A DNA stretch of 48,253 nt from Minisyncoccota bacterium (lineage in GTDB: Bacteria; Patescibacteriota; Minisyncoccia; Phycocordibacterales; UBA9973). Numbering within the stretch: the first letter of the stretch is position 1; every line of letters starts with the position of its first letter. Where the stretch lies: NCBI GenBank assembly GCA_036517375.1, contig DATDWM010000021.1, positions 1 through 48,253 on the forward strand. The letters run 5' to 3'. Under the pieces are notes generated by a model. That model worked only from the letters and a program-made list of their open reading frames with translations. It was not told where the DNA came from and searched no databases. Shown here in pieces: positions 36,333 through 45,376 of this stretch. Position numbers and translations under genes: made by a program.

Positions 36333-37397
36333 ATGTTTTATAAACACAACGATAACTATACGGTTGAGTCAGTAACTTCTGGACATCCAGATAAAGTCTG
36401 TGATCAAATTTCAGATGCGATACTAGATGCATGCTTAGCTCAAGATCCGAAGAGTCGGGTGGCGGTAGAGAACTTCGGTGGGCATGGCAAGCTCGTTATT
36501 GGTGGAGAGGTGACTACCTTAGCTAAGGTAGATTATGAAAAGATAGCACGAGAGGTGTATAAAAGTATTGGTTATGACGCTGATTTAGAAATATTAGTAA
36601 ATATTGTGACTCAATCCGGAGACATTGCTCAGGGCGTGGATACCGGTGGAGCAGGAGATCAGGGAATAATGTATGGTTTTGCCACCGATGAAACTAAAGA
36701 GTTAATGCCTCGGGGTATAGTGTTAGTGCACAAGCTTGCCAAGAGACTCCAAGAAGCCAGAGAGAATGGGGAAATAAAGTGGCTCAGGCCTGATGGTAAG
36801 ACCCAGGTCACTTATCGAGATGGCAAACTAGCAACTGTGCTAGTAAGCACACAGCATAACCCGGAAGTATCCCAGGAGGAAATAAAAAAAGAAATTACAG
36901 ATAAAATAATTTTACCATTACTGCAAGACTCAGAGAAAAACATAACAATTTTAGTAAATCCAACAGGAAAGTTTGTGCAAGGCGGATTTGAAGCGGATAC
37001 AGGACTTACTGGCAGGAAAATAATGGTGGATACATACGGCGGGCTCATTCCACATGGTGGTGGATGCTTTTCAGGTAAAGATGCTACAAAAGTGGATCGT
37101 TCCGCAGCTTATATGTGCCGATTCGTGGCCAAAAATTTAGTTGCGGCCGATTATGGGAAGGAGTGCCTGGTTTCCGTAGCGTATGCTATTGGTATGGCGG
37201 ATCCGCTCATGATAGAAGCGATAAATGAAAAAGGGGAAGACCTTTCCGATATAGTAAAAAAGAACTTTGATTTTAGGCCGAGAGAAATAATAAAACGCCT
37301 GGGTTTAAATAAACCAATCTACCAGCAAACAGCTACCTACGGACACTTTGGCAAGGACGGCTTGCCTTGGGAAAACATAGAAAAACTAGAAAAATAA
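36333..37397 (+). CDS. metK: S-adenosylmethionine synthetase
   Basis: ESVTSGHPDKVCDQISDAILD, GAGDQGIMYGFA and the GGGCFSGKD loop. Start set at ATG 36333; the ORF track uses GTG 36315. Confidence 0.9.
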   Translation: MFYKHNDNYTVESVTSGHPDKVCDQISDAILDACLAQDPKSRVAVENFGGHGKLVIGGEVTTLAKVDYEKIAREVYKSIGYDADLEILVNIVTQSGDIAQGVDTGGAGDQGIMYGFATDETKELMPRGIVLVHKLAKRLQEARENGEIKWLRPDGKTQVTYRDGKLATVLVSTQHNPEVSQEEIKKEITDKIILPLLQDSEKNITILVNPTGKFVQGGFEADTGLTGRKIMVDTYGGLIPHGGGCFSGKDATKVDRSAAYMCRFVAKNLVAADYGKECLVSVAYAIGMADPLMIEAINEKGEDLSDIVKKNFDFRPREIIKRLGLNKPIYQQTATYGHFGKDGLPWENIEKLEK

Positions 37398-37401
37398 AAT
37401 C

Positions 37402-37431
37402 TTGACGGAAGTACTTTTTTAGTGTAAAAAT
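37402..37431 (+). promoter_or_regulatory. Promoter candidate TTGACG-N17-TAAAAA upstream of island 3 ORF
   Basis: TTGACG at 37402-37407. A TG-adjacent A/T-rich -10 lies at 37423-37431. Confidence 0.45.
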
Positions 37432-37481
37432 AAAGAGTAATTGTTCTACACTTTTTCATACCTCTAGAAAGGAGGCCTTCC

Positions 37482-37712
37482 GTGTTCGAGCGAATTTTTA
37501 AGCCAGAAGAGGATAGAGTGCCTCCTAATAAGGTGCCTTCGGTGGCCGTGAAGTTGCATGTCAGAACCGCGTGCTGCGGGTGCGTGATATGGAGCTACAC
37601 AGAGCCGGCCAAAGATCACTACAATGCTCAGCCCACTACCTTCACGGACTGTCACGTGAAGGGTTTCAACTGTGCGGACCCAACCCACAAGCCAAACAGC
37701 CCGATCGAATAA
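37482..37712 (+). CDS. Hypothetical Cys-rich 76-aa protein on GC-rich island 3
   Basis: GTG start with AAAGGAGG 6 nt upstream. Six Cys, including the ACCGC motif. A very strong terminator follows. Confidence 0.55.
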   Translation: MFERIFKPEEDRVPPNKVPSVAVKLHVRTACCGCVIWSYTEPAKDHYNAQPTTFTDCHVKGFNCADPTHKPNSPIE

Positions 37713-37718
37713 CCTTCG

Positions 37719-37766
37719 TGGCCGCGCGCGCTCCCATGGAGCCGCGCGGCCAGCTCGTTTTTATTT
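37719..37766 (+). terminator. Very strong GC hairpin terminator between island 3 ORF and the cysS 3' end
   Basis: TGGCCGCGCG(C)GCTCC-CAT-GGAGCCGCGCGGCCA forms a 15-bp stem with one bulge. GCTCG plus TTTTT follow. Confidence 0.75.
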
Positions 37767-37769
37767 GGA

Positions 37770-39197
37770 TTATATTTTAGAAATTTTTGGACCAGTTGCA
37801 GAACCTGCCTCGCCGGCAGGCAGGTCTTTTACTTCGTAGCCGAGAGTATTTATTTTATCTCGAATCTCATCTGAATTTTTAAAATCTTTTTTAAGTCGTG
37901 CTTCCTCACGTTCGTGCACTAATTTCTTTACTTCTTCCGGAATATTTATATTTGTTTCATTTTCCTTTTTCTCCGCATTTGCAAAGTCGAGTCCCAGCAC
38001 CTTGTCAAAGTCTAAAATCGTCGCTTTTTTATCTGCATCTGACACACTGTCGTCCTTTATTAGGTCCCATAGCAAGGAAAGCCCCCTAGGAGTATCTAGG
38101 TCGTCGGCTATACGTTCTTGGAACTTGGATTGGTACTCCTGGCTTACTTTACCAATCTCTTTACCAAGGCCAACATAGAGCCCGTAGAGGCGTTTTAGGG
38201 CTGTTTCTGCTCCTTCTAGGGCATCCCAATTGAAGTTCATCTTAGTTCGATAACTAGCCATTAGAACCCAAAAACGATATGTTAAAGGGTTAATTCCTTT
38301 TTCTGTAAGGCTTGCTAGTCTAAGGAAATTTCCTCCAGATTTTGCCATCTTTGCTCCTACTACATCTATGTGCTCGCTATGTATCCAAAATTTAACAAAA
38401 GGTTTTTTACCAGTCGCGCTTTCTGATTGCGCAATCTCGTTGGTATGGTGGGTGGGAATGAGATCAACACCTCCAGTATGAATATCAAATTGTTCTCCTA
38501 GAAATTTCATACCGATTGCAGAACATTCTATGTGCCAGCCTGGAAATCCAGTACCCCACGGGGACTCAAATCCAATTTTTGGATTAAATTTCCAAAGAGC
38601 AAAGTCTTCTGGGCTTTTTTTCTGCGGATTTTCCGCAATTCTTGTGTGAGCCTCATCTCTAGTGGTTTTTCCGCCTTGCAATATTCCGTAGTCAGGCATT
38701 TTAGACGTATCGAAATAAATTCCGTCGCTTGTTTTATAAGCGAAGCCTTTTTCTTCAAGTTGTTGTACAAGCTGAACGTCTTCTTTTATATAATCACTCG
38801 CGAAATAAATTCCACTTGGTACTTTTATATTTAGTTCAACCAGGTCATCTTTAAATTTGTCGGTATAAAATTCTGCCAACTCTCGCATGTTCTTTAGTGT
38901 TAGTTCCTTTCCTTCGCGCACAAGCGCCATTGTCATCTTGTCTTCGCCGCTATCTGCATCACTAGATAAAATTCCGATATCTGTGATATTCATAACCCGT
39001 TTAACTTCGTAGCCAGAATATTCAAAAGTTTTTTGTAAAATATCAGCAAAGATATATGCACGCAGGTTGCCTATGTGGGCATAGTTATTAACTGTTGGTC
39101 CACAAGTATACATGCTAACCTCGCCCGCTTTAAGTGGTATAAATTCTTCTTTGGTTCGGGAGAGGGTGTTATACAGCTGCATTTTCTTTAAATTCAT
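37770..39197 (-). CDS. cysS: Cysteine--tRNA ligase
   Basis: HIGH-type motif (YAHIGNLR) and KMSKS-type motif (KMAKSGGN). Start trimmed to MNLKKMQLYNT...; the ORF-track N-terminus overlaps the upstream transporter gene. Confidence 0.88.
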   Translation of the reverse strand: MNLKKMQLYNTLSRTKEEFIPLKAGEVSMYTCGPTVNNYAHIGNLRAYIFADILQKTFEYSGYEVKRVMNITDIGILSSDADSGEDKMTMALVREGKELTLKNMRELAEFYTDKFKDDLVELNIKVPSGIYFASDYIKEDVQLVQQLEEKGFAYKTSDGIYFDTSKMPDYGILQGGKTTRDEAHTRIAENPQKKSPEDFALWKFNPKIGFESPWGTGFPGWHIECSAIGMKFLGEQFDIHTGGVDLIPTHHTNEIAQSESATGKKPFVKFWIHSEHIDVVGAKMAKSGGNFLRLASLTEKGINPLTYRFWVLMASYRTKMNFNWDALEGAETALKRLYGLYVGLGKEIGKVSQEYQSKFQERIADDLDTPRGLSLLWDLIKDDSVSDADKKATILDFDKVLGLDFANAEKKENETNINIPEEVKKLVHEREEARLKKDFKNSDEIRDKINTLGYEVKDLPAGEAGSATGPKISKI

Positions 39198-40191
39198 TTC
39201 TGTAAATTGAGATGAGAGTATAGAGTAAGCTGATGGTGAGTGGTCCCACCAAGATGCCGACAGGACCCAACAGTGAGATGCCACCAAGTACTGCAAAAAG
39301 AATTAAGAGAGGAGGAATGTTTGTTTTCCTAGATACCAAGATCGGGCTTAAGAAATTGTCTATCATACCCACAACAATTATCGCCCAGAGCAAAAGTCCT
39401 ACCGCGGACGCAGTGTTGCCCGTAGCAAAGAGGAAAAGTATCGCCGGTAGGGAGACTAGAGAAGTTCCGAAGGTTGGTAATAAGGAAGTCACGGCCGCTA
39501 CTACACCCCAGAGCGCGCCATTTGGTACATTGAATAGCCAGAGTCCAAAGCCCATCAGTATTCCCTGGATGAGCGCTATTAACAAGTTGCCCATAATGAC
39601 GCCGTTCACCGCTAGTCCCAAGCGGTCGATTATTTTCTGGTCACTTTCGTCTGCTAAGGGGCTCAAAACCACAATTGCTTTCTTCCAGCGGTCGCCGTCC
39701 TTGAGAAAATAGAAAATAATTAAGAGCATTAATAAAAATGAAAAGAAAGCGGAGAGAGTGGTGCTGAATATGTTTGCCACATTGCCGGAGAGGTAGGAAA
39801 TAAATTCTGAACTTTTTTCTTTAGAATTTAGATTTATACCGTCTGGAAGAATTTGATTCACTTTAGTGTCTAGCTTGTCGAAAAATGGTTGAGGCCCGCC
39901 ATTATGCACCACGAAATTGTATACATCCTGACTTTGGTTAAAAATTATTACTCCAATTCCTAAAAGCGGGCCACAGAGGAGAATAATAAAGAAAAATACA
40001 GTGAGGAGAGATGCGAGCGTGCCATGGAAGCGCTTTGAGGTAAGCCAAAGATAGATAGGATAGAGAACAATAGAGAAAGAAACTCCAAGTACTAACACTA
40101 TCCAAAAAGGACGGAAAATCATGAAGGTAAAGAACAGGGTGGCAAAAAATAGTCCAAAGAAGAAATACCTTTCAATTATTTTTGTTTGCAT
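39169..40191 (-). CDS. AI-2E (PerM/YhhT) family transporter
   Basis: About eight TM helices with the family-typical layout. TGcTACAAT lies 9 nt before the ATG on the minus strand. Confidence 0.7.
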   Translation of the reverse strand: MQTKIIERYFFFGLFFATLFFTFMIFRPFWIVLVLGVSFSIVLYPIYLWLTSKRFHGTLASLLTVFFFIILLCGPLLGIGVIIFNQSQDVYNFVVHNGGPQPFFDKLDTKVNQILPDGINLNSKEKSSEFISYLSGNVANIFSTTLSAFFSFLLMLLIIFYFLKDGDRWKKAIVVLSPLADESDQKIIDRLGLAVNGVIMGNLLIALIQGILMGFGLWLFNVPNGALWGVVAAVTSLLPTFGTSLVSLPAILFLFATGNTASAVGLLLWAIIVVGMIDNFLSPILVSRKTNIPPLLILFAVLGGISLLGPVGILVGPLTISLLYTLISIYRNEFKENAAV

Positions 40192-40250
40192 AACACTGTT
40201 ATTGTAGCAAATACTTGCTTTTTAGCCAAATTTCGTATAGTATGGAACCC

Positions 40251-40568
40251 ATGGAATTCGCAGTCATACAAACAGGGGGCAAGCAATACAAGGCATCCGT
40301 CGGAGGCCTACTTTCTATTGAGAAAATAAAAGGGGAGTATAAAAAGGGGGATAAAATTTCCTTCGATAAAGTTCTCCTAGTAGATGACGGCAAAGACACA
40401 ACTATCGGCACACCTTACATTGACGGAGCATCTGTCGGCGCGGAAATTGTAGAAATAGGCCGCTCTCGCAAAGTGATGGTTATAAAATATAAACAAAAGT
40501 CTCGTTACCTAAGGCGCAACGGCCACCGCCAGCCTTTCTTTAAGGTAAAAATTACTTCGATAAAATAA
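40251..40568 (+). CDS. rplU: 50S ribosomal protein L21
   Basis: MEFAVIQTGGKQYKASVG... Preceded by TTGCTT-N17-TAGTAT-N7-ATG. Confidence 0.9.
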   Translation: MEFAVIQTGGKQYKASVGGLLSIEKIKGEYKKGDKISFDKVLLVDDGKDTTIGTPYIDGASVGAEIVEIGRSRKVMVIKYKQKSRYLRRNGHRQPFFKVKITSIK

Positions 40569-40574
40569 ATTCTT

Positions 40575-40988
40575 ATGAGTGAAAAGGCTCCAGGTAAATA
40601 TCCTCTTACTCCTGATGAGCTAGCTATCTTGCATAAACAAGATCAAGCAAAAATAGAAGAAGCTAGTAAAAAATTAAATGAGTTAGCTCAGTCTATGGGT
40701 TATACTCCTGTCTCAACATTTGATGACCTAGGTTTGACTAGCGAAGAGATTGCTCAAATTCATTATAGATCTTTAACAGAAAGAAGACCTACAGCTCGAT
40801 ATTATGTAGCAGATCGAAAAGATGGAGGTAAAGCTAAATTAGTTGCTCTGCCAAGAACTGATGGGTGCTATTTTGCAAGTTTTTTCTCTCCAAGTGGTCA
40901 CGGAACTAATCATGATTTTTCTTTATGGGAAATGAAGGGGAACATGGAGAACTATTTAAATAGAGGAAAGGACGGTAACTTAATTTAA
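40575..40988 (+). CDS. Hypothetical 137-aa protein
   Basis: Occupies the position where rpmA usually follows rplU. No family recognised. Confidence 0.5.
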   Translation: MSEKAPGKYPLTPDELAILHKQDQAKIEEASKKLNELAQSMGYTPVSTFDDLGLTSEEIAQIHYRSLTERRPTARYYVADRKDGGKAKLVALPRTDGCYFASFFSPSGHGTNHDFSLWEMKGNMENYLNRGKDGNLI

Positions 40989-41003
40989 CTATTTTAACTG
41001 AGA

Positions 41004-41024
41004 TACAGAGGAGTTTCCTCCGTA
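41004..41024. repeat. Left terminal hairpin TACAGAGGAGTTTCCTCCGTA
   Basis: Self-complementary. It is the reverse complement of 41686-41706 except at one position. Confidence 0.8.
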
Positions 41025-41033
41025 TGGTTACCT

Positions 41034-41666
41034 TTACTCGTTAAAGTTTAACCATTCAAAAAGCTCGTTCTGGTGATCAGTGGGATTCTTGAAATATAGA
41101 GGAAATTCTATGGGATTCGTGACTTCAAACTTGTTGTCTAAGTATTCTTTCAAACTCGAGTATTGATATTGAAATATATACTCTAGAAGCTTAGTAACAT
41201 TTCTATCTGCTTTATCTCTCCAATTTTTATCTATTATTTTGGCTGGGTTCAGGTGTATGTAGGAATAAAGATATTTTAAATAATTGTCTTTTTCTAGGTG
41301 AGTTGATTTAAATACGCCCTCATATAATTTACCAGTTCTTTTATATTTTTTATTAAAGTACATTGAGTATCCAGTCAACAACTTACGCATGTATGTAGAT
41401 ATACCACTTTCAACTTTTTCACGGACAAGAATGTGAAAATGGTTTGACATCAAACAGTATGCCCCAATATCAATTATTGTTTCTCCACGATCAAAATTTT
41501 CATCAATATGTCTTAGTTCAATACTCTTCTTGCTGTTGCAGATGTACATTAAAAACAAAAAATGTCGATAGTCTTTTTTATCTAAAAATATAATTCTTTT
41601 TTCTGTGCCACGGTTATACAAATGATAGTATTCGCCGGTTGCAAAAGATTGTTTTCGTAAAGCCAT
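41034..41666 (-). CDS. HUH Y1 tyrosine transposase (REP-associated RayT / IS200-like)
   Basis: YHLYNRG N-terminus, HUH motif NHFHILV, and the catalytic Tyr region YSYIHLNPAK. Confidence 0.8.
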   Translation of the reverse strand: MALRKQSFATGEYYHLYNRGTEKRIIFLDKKDYRHFLFLMYICNSKKSIELRHIDENFDRGETIIDIGAYCLMSNHFHILVREKVESGISTYMRKLLTGYSMYFNKKYKRTGKLYEGVFKSTHLEKDNYLKYLYSYIHLNPAKIIDKNWRDKADRNVTKLLEYIFQYQYSSLKEYLDNKFEVTNPIEFPLYFKNPTDHQNELFEWLNFNE

Positions 41667-41685
41667 ATAGCTAGTATATCATAGT

Positions 41686-41706
41686 TACGGAGGAAACTCC
41701 TCCGTA
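41686..41706. repeat. Right terminal hairpin TACGGAGGAAACTCCTCCGTA
   Basis: Perfect 9-bp stem (TACGGAGGA/TCCTCCGTA) with an AAC loop. Confidence 0.8.
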
Positions 41707-41711
41707 AAACT

Positions 41712-42341
41712 TTATTGCCTATTCTTTAACGCATTCTTGAGAGTCTCGTTGTCTGAATACTCGAGCTCGGTGCCGGTGGAGAGTCCTCGGCCCAAGGAGG
41801 AGACTTTGATATTTTTCTTTAGAGCGAGATCTTTTATCTGCTCTCTGATGTATGAATCTGTGTGGTCACCCTGCGGAGAGAGAGAAAAGGCCAGGATTAT
41901 TTCTTGCAAACCATTAATCTTTTTAATTTTTTCTTTTAACTCTTCCACTCGCACGCGGCTTTTAGTACTCTTCTCCACTACTGGTACTAGTCCGCCCAAG
42001 AGGAAATATTTTCCCTGGTATGCGTGGCTCTTTCGGACGCTCTCTAAATCAGAATCTTTTTCTACTACCATTAGAATGGAGGAGTCCGTATTCGGATCGG
42101 CACAAATTTCACAGACTTGCCCGCCCTTTGGCGTGGTATTACCGTTATTTTTAACTAAGAAAAATCTAAAGCATTCACGACATTGGGTCACTTCCTTTTT
42201 TAAGTCTAAAATCATCCGGGATAAATTTTCCGCATAGTTTCCATTTCGAGACATGAGGAAATACACAAAACGCTTGGCTTGTCGCTCGCCAATGCCAGGG
42301 AATTCTTTAAATATCTCAGCCAATTTTTCTATCGAATCCAT
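41712..42341 (-). CDS. recR: Recombination protein RecR
   Basis: HhH motif FPGIGERQAKR, a Cys4 zinc finger (CRECF...CEICAD), and a Toprim domain. Confidence 0.9.
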   Translation of the reverse strand: MDSIEKLAEIFKEFPGIGERQAKRFVYFLMSRNGNYAENLSRMILDLKKEVTQCRECFRFFLVKNNGNTTPKGGQVCEICADPNTDSSILMVVEKDSDLESVRKSHAYQGKYFLLGGLVPVVEKSTKSRVRVEELKEKIKKINGLQEIILAFSLSPQGDHTDSYIREQIKDLALKKNIKVSSLGRGLSTGTELEYSDNETLKNALKNRQ

Positions 42342-42473
42342 GTCTAATTTATAAGGAACGAAGAGACTATATAAATCGACACCCTGTTAAATAACTTTTT
42401 CTCAGAAAAAGTTGCCTTAAGGACATTTAACAGGGTAAAAAAAATTATATTCGCTTTTCTCATTAATTTTAAT

Positions 42474-43880
42474 TTAAAATTCATCCAACTCTCCACTGAC
42501 TTTGGCCGGAGAGAAGTCAGAAAGACTGCTTTTCTCAAGACTTAGGAATGTAGTAGTTTTTTCATCAAAGAACAGATCAACCTTGCCGACAGGGCCATTT
42601 CGATGTTTTTCAATTAAAATTTCTGCGATGTTTGTCTTTTCGGATTCATCCTTACCTTTATCATCTCGGTGAATAAACATAACAACGTCCGCATCCTGTT
42701 CGATGGATCCAGAGTCGCGGAGGTCGGAGAGGCGAGGCTTGCCGCCGCGAGATTCCACGGCACGGTTCAACTGAGAGAGCGCCAAGACTGGTACGTCTAA
42801 TTCCTTCGCCAGACTTTTTAGCGACCTAGAAATTTCCGTAACTTGGTTGACCATGGAATCGTAATTTTTAGAAGTGGTCATGAGCTGTAAGTAGTCTACG
42901 ATAATAAAATCTAATCCCTTTTCTGCTTTAATACGGCGGGAAAGAGCTTTCATCCGGACGATAGAATTGCCGGGCTGGTCGTCAATAAATATTTTTGCTT
43001 TAGCGAGTTTATCTAAAGAATCACGTATTTGGGAGAATTCACGATCAGAAGAAATGCGGCCAGTGCGCAAGTTCCAAGCGTTCACGCGAGATTCAGCCGA
43101 GAGCATACGGTCTACCAGCTGTTGAGAGGACATTTCCAATGAAAAGATAAGGATGGACTTTTCATGGGTGACTGCAGCCATGCGCGCCATGTCGAGCGCA
43201 AGAGTTGTCTTACCCATAGATGGACGAGCTGCCAGTATTATCAAATCAGAATTTTGGAGACCGGAGAGCATAGTATCTAGATCTTTGAATCCGGTCGGAA
43301 GTCCGCGAAGCATTCCTTTGTTCTCGTGCAACTTCTCTAGTCTCTCATACGCTTCCGGTAACGCTTCTTTAAGGCTCGTATATTTTTGATTCTTTGGAGA
43401 AGACACTACGGCAAAAACTTTCTTCTCCGCCATATCTAGAATGTCATCCATATGGTCATCGCCTTCTTCGAAAGCGAGCTCGGAGACGAAGTCCGCCGCT
43501 TCTATTAAACTTCTAAGAACATATTTCTTTTGGACTATTTCTGCATAGTGCTTGATGTTGGTGCTCGATGGGACAGTATTCACAATTTCTGCCAAGTACT
43601 GGTTGCCGCCGATTCGTTCAATTTGTTTCTTTTCGGCGAGCTTGGTGGAGAGGGATAGCATATCTATCGGTTCATTCTTACTTGATAGTTCGAGCATGGT
43701 CTGGAAAATTATTTTATTTTTTTCAACATAAAAAGAGTCGGGTGAGATCATGTCTTCTACTTCGTGCATCGCATTCTTGCGGAGCATAATGGAGCCCAGA
43801 ACGGCTTGCTCGGACGGTATGCTCTGTGGTGGGATGCGTAAATTTGTTTTATTTTTATTCTGGCCTTGCATTAAAGTCAT
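42474..43880 (-). CDS. dnaB: Replicative DNA helicase DnaB
   Basis: PPQSIPSEQAVLGSIML N-terminus, Walker A ARPSMGKTT, and IVDYLQLM. TAGCAT lies 6 nt before the ATG on the minus strand. Confidence 0.93.
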   Translation of the reverse strand: MTLMQGQNKNKTNLRIPPQSIPSEQAVLGSIMLRKNAMHEVEDMISPDSFYVEKNKIIFQTMLELSSKNEPIDMLSLSTKLAEKKQIERIGGNQYLAEIVNTVPSSTNIKHYAEIVQKKYVLRSLIEAADFVSELAFEEGDDHMDDILDMAEKKVFAVVSSPKNQKYTSLKEALPEAYERLEKLHENKGMLRGLPTGFKDLDTMLSGLQNSDLIILAARPSMGKTTLALDMARMAAVTHEKSILIFSLEMSSQQLVDRMLSAESRVNAWNLRTGRISSDREFSQIRDSLDKLAKAKIFIDDQPGNSIVRMKALSRRIKAEKGLDFIIVDYLQLMTTSKNYDSMVNQVTEISRSLKSLAKELDVPVLALSQLNRAVESRGGKPRLSDLRDSGSIEQDADVVMFIHRDDKGKDESEKTNIAEILIEKHRNGPVGKVDLFFDEKTTTFLSLEKSSLSDFSPAKVSGELDEF

Positions 43881-43948
43881 TCTATCATGCTAGCGGAATA
43901 GGGGAAGCATTCAAGGGGATATATGTGTTATTAAAATGTGGACAAATA

Positions 43949-43957
43949 TGATAATAT
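43949..43957 (+). promoter_or_regulatory. Extended -10 TGaTAATAT, 6 nt before the trpS ATG
   Basis: ATTTGT follows, then ATG 43964. Confidence 0.5.
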
Positions 43958-43963
43958 ATTTGT

Positions 43964-44977
43964 ATGGAAAATAAAGAAAAGATAGTGCTCACGGGCGACC
44001 GGCCGACAGGAAGACTTCATCTGGGGCATTATGTAGGCTCAATAAAAAATAGAGTAAAATTGCAGGATGAAGCCAGTAAGTCTTTTTACATGATTGCAGA
44101 TGTCCAAGCTCTTACTGATAATGCCGATAATCCAGAAAAAGTTCGAAGTAATGTCATAGAAGTAATACTTGATAATTTAGCTTGCGGAGTTGATCCAAAG
44201 AAAACAATTTTCTTTATTCAATCACAAGTACCAGAGATCGCGGAGCTCACAGTATTTTTTATGAATCTTGTGACTTTCCAACAACTCTCTCACAATCCAA
44301 CTATTAAGACAGAAATAAAAGAAAAAGGATTTGAAAAAAGCACTCCATTTGGATTTTTAGCTTATCCTGTATCTCAAGCAGCGGACATCCTGTTTTGTAA
44401 AGCCAACACTGTGCCAGTCGGAATAGATCAGATGCCGGTCCTAGAACAAGCAAATGAAATTGTTAAAAAATTTAATGCAACATACAACGTAGATTTATTT
44501 TCTAAAATTAACGGAGTTATTAGTAAGAACTCACGACTTGTCGGCACTGATGGAAACGCTAAAATGTCAAAGTCGTTGGGTAATTGTATTTACCTGTCGG
44601 ATTCAGATGAAGAAATTGAAAAGAAAATCATGCAAGCATATACAGACCCAGGCCATATTCACGTAGAAGATAAGGGTAAGGTTGAGGGGAATGTTGTATT
44701 TACATATCTTGATGTGTTCGATGAAGATAAAGAGGGCGTAGCGGAACTAAAAACTCAATATCAAAAAGGTGGGCTCGGCGATGTGGTATTAAAGAAGAGA
44801 TTAATTAAAGTTTTAATAGATATAATTACACCAATACGCACAAGAAGGGAAGATCTTGCTAAAAACCCTAGTCAAGTTATGAAAATTTTAGAACAGGGAA
44901 CCAAAGAAGCACGCAAGGAAGCAGAAAAAACAATGATAGAAGTACGAACGGCGCTCAAGATTGATTACTTTAATTAA
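43964..44977 (+). CDS. trpS: Tryptophan--tRNA ligase
   Basis: TGDRPTGRLHLGHYVG (HIGH-type) and KMSKS motifs. Size 337 aa. Confidence 0.92.
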   Translation: MENKEKIVLTGDRPTGRLHLGHYVGSIKNRVKLQDEASKSFYMIADVQALTDNADNPEKVRSNVIEVILDNLACGVDPKKTIFFIQSQVPEIAELTVFFMNLVTFQQLSHNPTIKTEIKEKGFEKSTPFGFLAYPVSQAADILFCKANTVPVGIDQMPVLEQANEIVKKFNATYNVDLFSKINGVISKNSRLVGTDGNAKMSKSLGNCIYLSDSDEEIEKKIMQAYTDPGHIHVEDKGKVEGNVVFTYLDVFDEDKEGVAELKTQYQKGGLGDVVLKKRLIKVLIDIITPIRTRREDLAKNPSQVMKILEQGTKEARKEAEKTMIEVRTALKIDYFN

Positions 44978-44994
44978 AATGACATACTGACAGC

Positions 44995-45015
44995 GTACTA
45001 GTATGGTGATATAAA
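44995..45015 (+). promoter_or_regulatory. GTACTAGTAT half-palindrome abutting extended -10 TGaTATAAA of the trpR-like gene
   Basis: TACTAGTA palindrome at 44996-45003. TGATATAAA at 45007-45015 lies 4 nt before ATG 45020. Confidence 0.45.
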
Positions 45016-45019
45016 AATC

Positions 45020-45304
45020 ATGAAGAATAATTCGGAACAATATAAAAGAGAATTGATTGACATCTTGTCAAAAGTTGCAAATGACAAGGACCTCTTGGCG
45101 GATTTTGTTAAAGAAATATTAACACCGCGCGAATTTGAAAATATTGGTGTACGCTGGCAGATAGTGAAGCGGCTGGCAAAAGGGGAGCATCATGCCTCGA
45201 TAGCAGAGGCTCTACATTTAGGAGTGGCCACAGTAACTCGCGGTAGTCGAGAAATGAGGAAAGAGAAAGGAGGATTCCGTCGGGCATTAAAGCTAGTAAG
45301 ATAA
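45020..45304 (+). CDS. TrpR-family (YerC/YecD-like) DNA-binding protein
   Basis: TPREFENIGVRWQIVKRLAKGEHHASIAEALHLGVATVTRGSRE matches the Trp-repressor fold family. Confidence 0.75.
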   Translation: MKNNSEQYKRELIDILSKVANDKDLLADFVKEILTPREFENIGVRWQIVKRLAKGEHHASIAEALHLGVATVTRGSREMRKEKGGFRRALKLVR

Positions 45305-45376
45305 GGCTCAATCAACTGACTAGAAATAAGTTATCCACACCTCGGCAATCTCCCCTCTTGCTTTTATTTTTTATAT

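Larger units (their letters stand above)
41004..41706 (-). mobile_element. Minimal Y1-transposase unit (RayT/IS200-like) bounded by inverted 21-nt hairpins
   Basis: 703 bp containing a single HUH/Y1 gene. The two ends are reverse complements differing at 1 of 21 nt. Confidence 0.7.

Noticed and set aside
37464-37780. ORFs 37464-37688 (-) and 37571-37780 (+) on island 3
   Set aside because: They have no RBS and overlap the SD-led 37482-37712 frame. The + ORF runs through the terminator hairpin.
39198-39296. ORF-track N-terminal extension of cysS
   Set aside because: It overlaps the C-terminal coding region of the AI-2E transporter gene. CysRS homology begins at MQLYNT. The start was set at ATG 39197 (39182 is also possible).
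41737-42237. 166-aa plus-strand ORF inside recR
   Set aside because: Shadow ORF antisense to a well-supported RecR frame.
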